Below, one piece after another: positions 56,790 through 64,000 of a stretch of 64,000 nt of DNA. The stretch is from the human T2T-CHM13v2.0 reference genome, Homo sapiens. Numbering within the stretch: position 1 is the stretch's first letter; every line of letters starts with the position of its first letter. The notes beneath the pieces are model-generated. The model saw only the letters and a program-made list of their open reading frames with translations, did not search any database and was not told the origin of the DNA. A program made the position numbers and the translations under genes. The stretch is from the NCBI RefSeq assembly GCF_009914755.1, contig NC_060932.1. One strand, given 5' to 3'.

Positions 56790-57756
56790 AAGATTGCAGC
56801 ATCAACTCTTGCCTGCTGATCTGTCCTACAGATTTCAGATGTGCTGCCCCACAATCACACGAGCTATTTAAAACCTAAAATATCTTTATATGTATATATA
56901 TATATATGTATTTACATATATATTCACACATATATGTATTTACATATATATTCACACATATATGTATTTACATATATATTCACACATATATGTATTTACA
57001 TATATATTCACACATATATATGTATTTACATATATATTCACACATATATATGTATTTACATATATATTCACACATATATATGTATTTACATATATATTCA
57101 CACATATATATGTATTTACATATATATTCACACATATATATGTATTTACATATATATTCACACATATATATGTATTTACATATATATTCACACATATATA
57201 TGTATTTACATATATATTCACACATATATATGTATTTACATATATATTCACACATATATATGTATTTACATATATATTCACACATATATATGTATTTACA
57301 TATATATTCACACATATATATGTATTTACATATATATTCACACATATATATGTATTTACATATATATTCACACATATATATGTATTTACATATATATTCA
57401 CACATATATATGTATTTACATATATATTCACACATATATATGTATTTACATATATATTCACACATATATATGTATTTACATATATATTCACACATATATA
57501 TGTATTTACATATATATTCACACATATATATGTATTTACATATATATTCACACATATATATGTATTTACATATATATTCACACATATATATGTATTTACA
57601 TATATATTCACACATATATATGTATTTACATATATATTCACACATATATGTATTTACATATATATTCACACATATATGTATTTACATATATATTCACATA
57701 TATATTTAAAAAATCTGATTTTGATTTTGTTCTGTGGAGAACACTGACTGATGTAA
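56790..57756 (+). mobile_element. MLT2 (ERVL) LTR 3' part hosting the minisatellite
   Basis: AGATTGCAGCATCAACTCTTGCCTG...CCTACAGATTTCAGA...CCCCACAATCAC before the array and TTCTGTGGAGAACACTGACTGAT after it. Confidence 0.75.
56901..57706. repeat. Minisatellite: 3 x 28 bp + 21 x 30 bp + 2 x 28 bp; 30-mer TATATATTCACACATATATATGTATTTACA
   Basis: Identical 30-mers at 57001-57630; 28-mers (one TA fewer) at 56917-57000 and 57631-57686. Confidence 0.99.
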
Positions 57757-58695
57757 ACAGCAATAAAAATCTCTCTCAATATGCTGCATACATAAATTAG
57801 CTTTATACTGAAGTTAGATCATTGAGTAATGCTAGAATTGATCATTTAGCTGGTTTGATTTCTTCAAAGCTTCAAGATATGCAGGAAGCCATGTTAATTG
57901 ATAGCATAAAATGTTTTTGTAAGAATCATGGAAAATAAATATAAAGGTTAATTACATTTTATCAAATCTTAACCATATATGCTATTATGTTTCCTTGATC
58001 TGATAAGAAGGCAGCTGGTTGGAGATATATATATATGGTTTGCCTTATACATGCACAGGTGATATTTGGAGATATACACATATATATACACACACACATA
58101 TTATATGTAGATAAAGAATTTAGGATATGGGAGTCTAGGTCAGAGCTTCAATATATATTTAAATATAAACATGAAACAATGAGGTTGATGATGATATGAT
58201 GATCAGCTGACTACACACAATACAGTATTTCCTCTCTTCCCTTTGACTATGTCAAATCTCTCCTTACAAGACTTTTAAATTATTTTTAAATTTCTAGTAA
58301 AGGAAGATCCAGTTACATGCTGTGATTGGAGACTCCATGTTATGCTAAGGAACTTATTCATAAACATAAATATATTAAGCTCCTAATATTATACACAGTG
58401 AACACCTATTATACTGATACATTGTTCTCTTAAAGCTAAATTCAGGCATCCATTGAAAAGTTTAAAAAGTTTAAAGCTAAATTAAGCATTGACAAAACAC
58501 TAAAGGAAAAAACTTGGTATTTGAAACTACAGACAATATATGATATGCATTAAAAAGGCCTCCCCTGAAATATATATAGCTCTTTGTGATAGTTTTACAA
58601 GGGTATCTTTATATGTTCTATTTACCTGCATTCTTTTGTTCTTATTTTAAGCTTATGTCTGACAATGGCAATGGGATTTGGCGCATCAAAAGTGA

Positions 58696-59044
<349 letters not shown>

Positions 59045-60374
59045 ACAAAAGGTTTATGTCTTAAGTGATCACCTCACTTGAAGTTGTGTGAAAAACGTGG
59101 TACTCTCATGCCCAGCGGTCATAGCTTAACTTTGTATTATCAGAAAATCCAATGAGATGTGACTAAAAGGAAGAACTTCTACCAATATTCGTGGTTGTCA
59201 GACTGCTGAGAATAATTATGACTAAATATATGTGACATGGAAAGACTGGTCATAAATGCATAAAATTCTCATTTATGGTATCTATTTTTAGAAAGCAAAC
59301 TAGGTCCACACTTGGGTGTCTTCTCTTGTTCTCATTTAAATTCCGTGATTGAAGGGTACTGTGGATTGAGTGGGAATTACTCTGCTCTACTAAGTTCCTT
59401 GTGGGTTCATTGAGGTTTCTCCATATTGTCTGATATCTCGAAGGTCTCCAGCCCTGTGTGGTCTCTAATAGCTGTTTAGCTCGAAACTCCTCTTACTTGT
59501 TCTTTTTCTTATAGATAGATATTCACTGACTGACTTCATGGAGGAGGTTTGCCTTATGCATGCACAGCTGATATTTTAGAACAAAACTCAAGGGGTCACT
59601 TACACAAGTTTTGGCAGCTGTTTTTCTGCAAGCTCTGTTCTCTCTGTTATCGTGTTTCACAAATCCTAGCTACCCCAATAGTGTCTCACTTCATCTCTAC
59701 CTTCTGACTTCAGCAGAACCATAGTGCTGTGTTTGTGATTCCCCACCTGTGCAGCCACTGACAGTGCTCCCAGAGAGAAGAATCACATCATCTGGGGCTC
59801 ACCTCGCTTGAACTTATTCTCAGAAATCACAGACCTGCACTGCCAGTTTTCCAATATCTGAAAATAGTTATTTTGTATATTTTGTTCGGTTTTACAGTTG
59901 TTTTTGGTTGGTCCATTACAAGCTACTTTATCACGGCCAGAAGCAGGAGTCTCTAGGAACACATGTTTTATGTGTGTGTGTGTTTTTCCCCTTGGGAGTA
60001 ACTGGACCATCCAGATAGTATAAACACAAATCTCAACCTGGAAATCATTGAAATTGTCTTCTACTCTAGACTAAAAGAGGATACTACCTTGTCCTCTCCC
60101 TGTGTTAACTGGTAAATTGTTTCTAGATTGCCAGCCTTTCACTGAATATATAAACCCTTCATTAAGAGGGGTCTTTTTCTTAATTATTTCATGAGGGTCG
60201 AAATTTAAATTCCTAGATTAATGAGTTTGAATTGCCCTTCCACGATAGTCACAATTTCATTACATAGCTCTTGCCCTGATTTTGTTTCCTTCTCATTTCT
60301 GGCTCCTGGTTATTTCCCTTATTGGCCTTTGAGCTGAACTATACATTTAAAAGAATATTTATTACATTGGGTTG

Positions 60375-60740
60375 GTCAGGGTGTGGCGTAAGAGGGACTC
60401 TCATGAATAGCTTGTGGAAGTGTCAATTGTATAACTCTTTGGAAGAAATTTGCAGATTCTATTAACCTTCCAAAGGTACATACATGCCTTACGACCCCAA
60501 AATTCCTCATAGAGGAATTTAGTTTACAATTATACATATTTAAAGTAACAAATGCACAAAGAATATTAATTGCAGTATAATTTGTAATGGCAAACTTTTG
60601 AAACAACTTAAAAGCCATCATTAGGGCTAAAATACAACGTATTTTATAGTCAAACAACACAGTTTAGAGGAAAAAATGAAGCTCTCATGTTTAGAAGTAA
60701 AACTATCTCTAAAATATATTAAATTAAATAGCAAAATAAA
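60375..60740 (+). mobile_element. Ancient L1ME-like 3' fragment
   Basis: GGGTGTGG...GGACTCTCAT...TGGAAGTGTCAATTG...ACTCTTTGGAAG...ACGACCCCAAAATTCC...TTTGTAATGGCAAA. Confidence 0.6.
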
Positions 60741-60749
60741 TTATAGCAT

Positions 60750-61155
60750 GTATATTATATATTCTTTATATAAGCATAATATATATTTTCCTTATATATA
60801 ATGTAAAATGGTATATATAATCATATATAAATATATGATCATATATGTGATATACAATCATATAAAATATATCTTACATGATATATAGTATACAAATATA
60901 TATGATATAAGATACATATCATATATAAACATATGTGATATAAGATATATATCATACATGATATATCATATATAAACATATGTGATATATGATATATATC
61001 ATATATGATATATAATATATAAATATATGTGATATATGATATATATCATATATAAATATATATGAAATATATATTTCTTTTATATATTATACATAAAAAT
61101 ATTTATTATACTTAAATATCCTATAATTTATATATATCACATATATGATATATAT
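60750..61155. repeat. AT-rich (ATATG/ATATC) low-complexity tract with short tandem sub-repeats
   Basis: Recurrent ATATCATATATAAACATATGTGATAT(A/ATG). Confidence 0.9.
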
Positions 61156-61779
61156 CTCATAGCTTCAGCAACTTACATGATGAGCTGGTGATTTTTATGA
61201 TTTCTGTGTAAGAAAGCAGAGCCACTGCACACCGAGATTGGGGAAAGAGTTCATCATAAATACTTTTTTGCATCTTATGGTTATACCATGCAAATATATT
61301 ACCTCTTGAAAAATAAAATACTAAAAAGCAAAAAAAAGATTTTGTTTGCAGCATTTTGTCTAGCAAATCTATGTGTTGTGGAAGAGTTTTTGACTTATTA
61401 AATCTACAATATGTTCAGAACTGGAAGTCTGACTATGACTAATATAATTGCATATTTCCATATTAGTAAACTCAATAATTGTTAAGAGTTACGAAAGCAA
61501 AAACAAAATATAAGTACTATATTCTTTATAACTTCAGGCCTACTGAAGGGGTTCTACTTTTTTAATAGCCCATGCAGAAAATCCTGTTAGGGGTTTGATT
61601 GGCAGTAATAGCAATCCATGGTATGGTATGGTTGACTAAACGTAGAATTCAAACATAGGCTATGCCAGTAGGAATACAGTGCCTAGAATAAACTAGAAGT
61701 TGTTTCTATTTTACTGTATACTGATAAGACCATTCATGAAATAATGTTTGCTTTGACTGCAAAACACTAAGAGGAAGAT

Positions 61780-62130
61780 ACATTGTCTTAAGTACCAAGA
61801 AACAGACTCAGAAATGAGGACTTATATAAAAGTGGTTTTTTAAGGAAGTAGTTGGAGAAAGATTGCCCTGAAGCAGGGCAGGGGAGGAGAAAAAGCCAAG
61901 CAGGGCATAATTCTGTGTCAACCTGATTCTACAGGAAACCTCTCAAATGGAAGATACACCTCAAAGTTGTCCAGAACAGAGGCAAGGGAATCAGGTTTTC
62001 AAACTTCCCCATTAGTACTCTTGGCTCAAAGTTCCTGGCCTTGGGGAATAAATTTCCAGGCATGCTAGCTGTCTGCTTCCCTGCTAAAGAGTCTCCAGGA
62101 GGCCAATGACAGTCCTAAAAAAAACAGACC
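61780..62130 (-). mobile_element. Old ERVL-class LTR relic (LTR33/LTR16-like)
   Basis: AGAAACAGACTCAGAAATGAGGA...AAGTGGTTTTTTAAGGAAGT...GCAGGGGAGGAGAAAAAGCCAAGCAGGG. Confidence 0.4.
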
Positions 62131-64000
62131 AGGCAAAGCACACCTAAAAAAGAAATACGCAAGCTATGGCATATGACTCATTGAGCTATACAATATTTAT
62201 CTAAGATGCCACAATATTCTCAGGAAGGAATGAACATAGTCTTTAAGTAATCTCTTGTGGAAAAGGGTTAAATGTGTTCTGTATGGCCTCCAGAAATTAA
62301 ATAAAACTTCTGGGTAGAAGGAACATCAGGAAGGATGGAGTTGCCCTGAACATTTTAACAGAGTTCCTTATAAATGTGATAGCCTATGTCAGGATGTGGG
62401 AGTCCATAATTCTTAGGTGTTTGGGATCATCCAACCAAAATAGTAGAGAATTAAGATGTGATTTCCATAGCTCCAAATGTAGCTCCTAATTTGTGATCAG
62501 ACTAGACAATCAGTTGTCGTATTTGATTCTCTGAATATATTTTAAGAAGATGGTAATATCCTACTAACTACAAAATTTTAAACTTCTTTCCAAAAAATTG
62601 CACTTGTATGAAAATAAGGTTTTTCTTATTAATTTTTTATTTTCCCTGCAACTCCTCACATTACATAGCCATCTTCTGGAAAAGTTTATGTCCAAGGTAA
62701 TTTGGAGCTAAAAGAATGAAAACAAAACAAAAAAAAAGCACGTCCATATCTTCCTGCTTTTTTGTTTGCAGGGCTATGAAATAAGAAAATAAAATTTAAT
62801 TAAATCCCAGAAGGAGATCATGACCCTATGTGGAGACCTTCTGAGAAAAAAACTTTCATTCTTTTACTGCTCTTTCCTCTGTCTTTCGTGTTAATTTTTA
62901 AATAGCTTTGTATACTTAGGATCCTAGAAACATAAACATTTAGGTGTGGAGAATGGGCCTGTAAAGAAGAACTTGAGGGACTATCGTAAAATGTAAGTAA
63001 AGTTAAATTCCCTGACTGATCAAAGACACGGAGCACCACATCTCTTAGGAGATTTTACGTTTAAGAATTATGCAAATAGGACAGTCAGAAATTGAGAGAG
63101 ATGGGACAACCATTTTCTGTTTCTAATAGTCCATGTCCAATCCTTCAAACTGAGGCTTTATCAACTTTTTTTTTTCTAGAGAGCAGAAAATCCTCACTAG
63201 CAGGAGCTATTTAAACTCTCTGGCCTTGCACTGAAACTGCAGATTTGGCAGTAGCAGGTTTCAGCTGGATTTTCTGGGCAGTAAGTAATGCAGCAGCAAA
63301 TTTACTCTTTTTAATATAATGGCAACAGTCCTTGGAAGGAATGGGAATGACTTCAGGCAGTGCCAAATTTTAAATGAAAAAATCTAACTATAGCTTTTCT
63401 TTAGCTCTCTGGGAGCGCTCTGAATGATTGTGCGGGAAACCAAGGTTAAGGGTGACCTCAGCGGACTGCTTCGGTGAATCGCTCAAGGTATAGCTTAGGT
63501 CAGCTCACCCACACCTGGCCCCTGTGGAGGATTTGCAGTTCTGTGACAATGTGAGAAATACGAAATTTAAAAGCAACTTAGCTGGGTTGAACCAGTGTAG
63601 AGCTGGTATCAACTGAAGAAGGTTTACTCTGATCTCTGAGCCCTTGAGCTACTGCAGGAGAAATAATCAGAGTTATAAAGTATATACCTAACTTACTGTG
63701 TAAGCCAGGCAGCTAGCTCTTGTGGGCCTTTCTGAATCCCATACCAGGCAGGGGTGAGTCACTGAAGAAGCAAAGGAGACATCATGATACACATTCATCA
63801 TTGTGTGGGTGTCAGAGGAAAACAGCTGCTTATTTCTGATTTCTTTTCTCACTCTGCAACCTTCTATCCCTTGACCTTCCCATCTCCACTACACCTTAAG
63901 AATGAATCTTTTTATAAAAGCAGACTCATTTGCATATAATAAAGTATATCTCAGGTAATCGCTACCAATTTGAAAGTATATTTTTGGAGCAGATGGCATA

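Noticed and set aside
56901-57706. CRISPR-like regular array
   Set aside because: Units are contiguous with no unique spacers, there are no cas genes, and the context is primate DNA.
56841-57800. Five long ORFs (229-319 aa) on both strands
   Set aside because: They are translations of the 30-bp tandem unit, which is divisible by 3 and stop-free in five frames; no promoter or coding signature.

Overview
Primate (most likely human/hominoid) AT-rich, gene-poor genomic DNA, intronic or intergenic. I find no protein-coding gene, RNA gene or CpG island. Much of the window is interspersed repeat: about 13 Alu/FLAM elements (AluJ, AluS, AluY), a full-length L1PB nested in ORF1 of an older L1M, and an L1PA fragment lacking both ends. 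It also holds solo LTRs (LTR9-like, LTR7/HERV-H, MSTA x2, THE1D, MLT1, MLT2A), DNA transposons (MER5A, MER2, MER45A, MER58, a full-length but dead HSMAR2) and MIR/L2 relics. All long ORFs in the supplied track are repeat or tandem-repeat artefacts. The most unusual structures are: (i) an ~800 bp 28/30-bp minisatellite grown inside an MLT2 LTR, with 27 copies of TGTAAATA on the minus strand (both a Pumilio element and a forkhead site); (ii) a 1.1 kb almost pure A/T tract inside the HSMAR2; (iii) several apparent template-switch scars next to (TA)n tracts; (iv) a tail-to-tail MSTA pair; (v) a few motif-dense unique segments that may be enhancers or lncRNA exons. Repeat subfamily names come from my recollection of consensus sequences, not from a search. 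I cannot support a claim of a new biological system; the findings are testable hypotheses.
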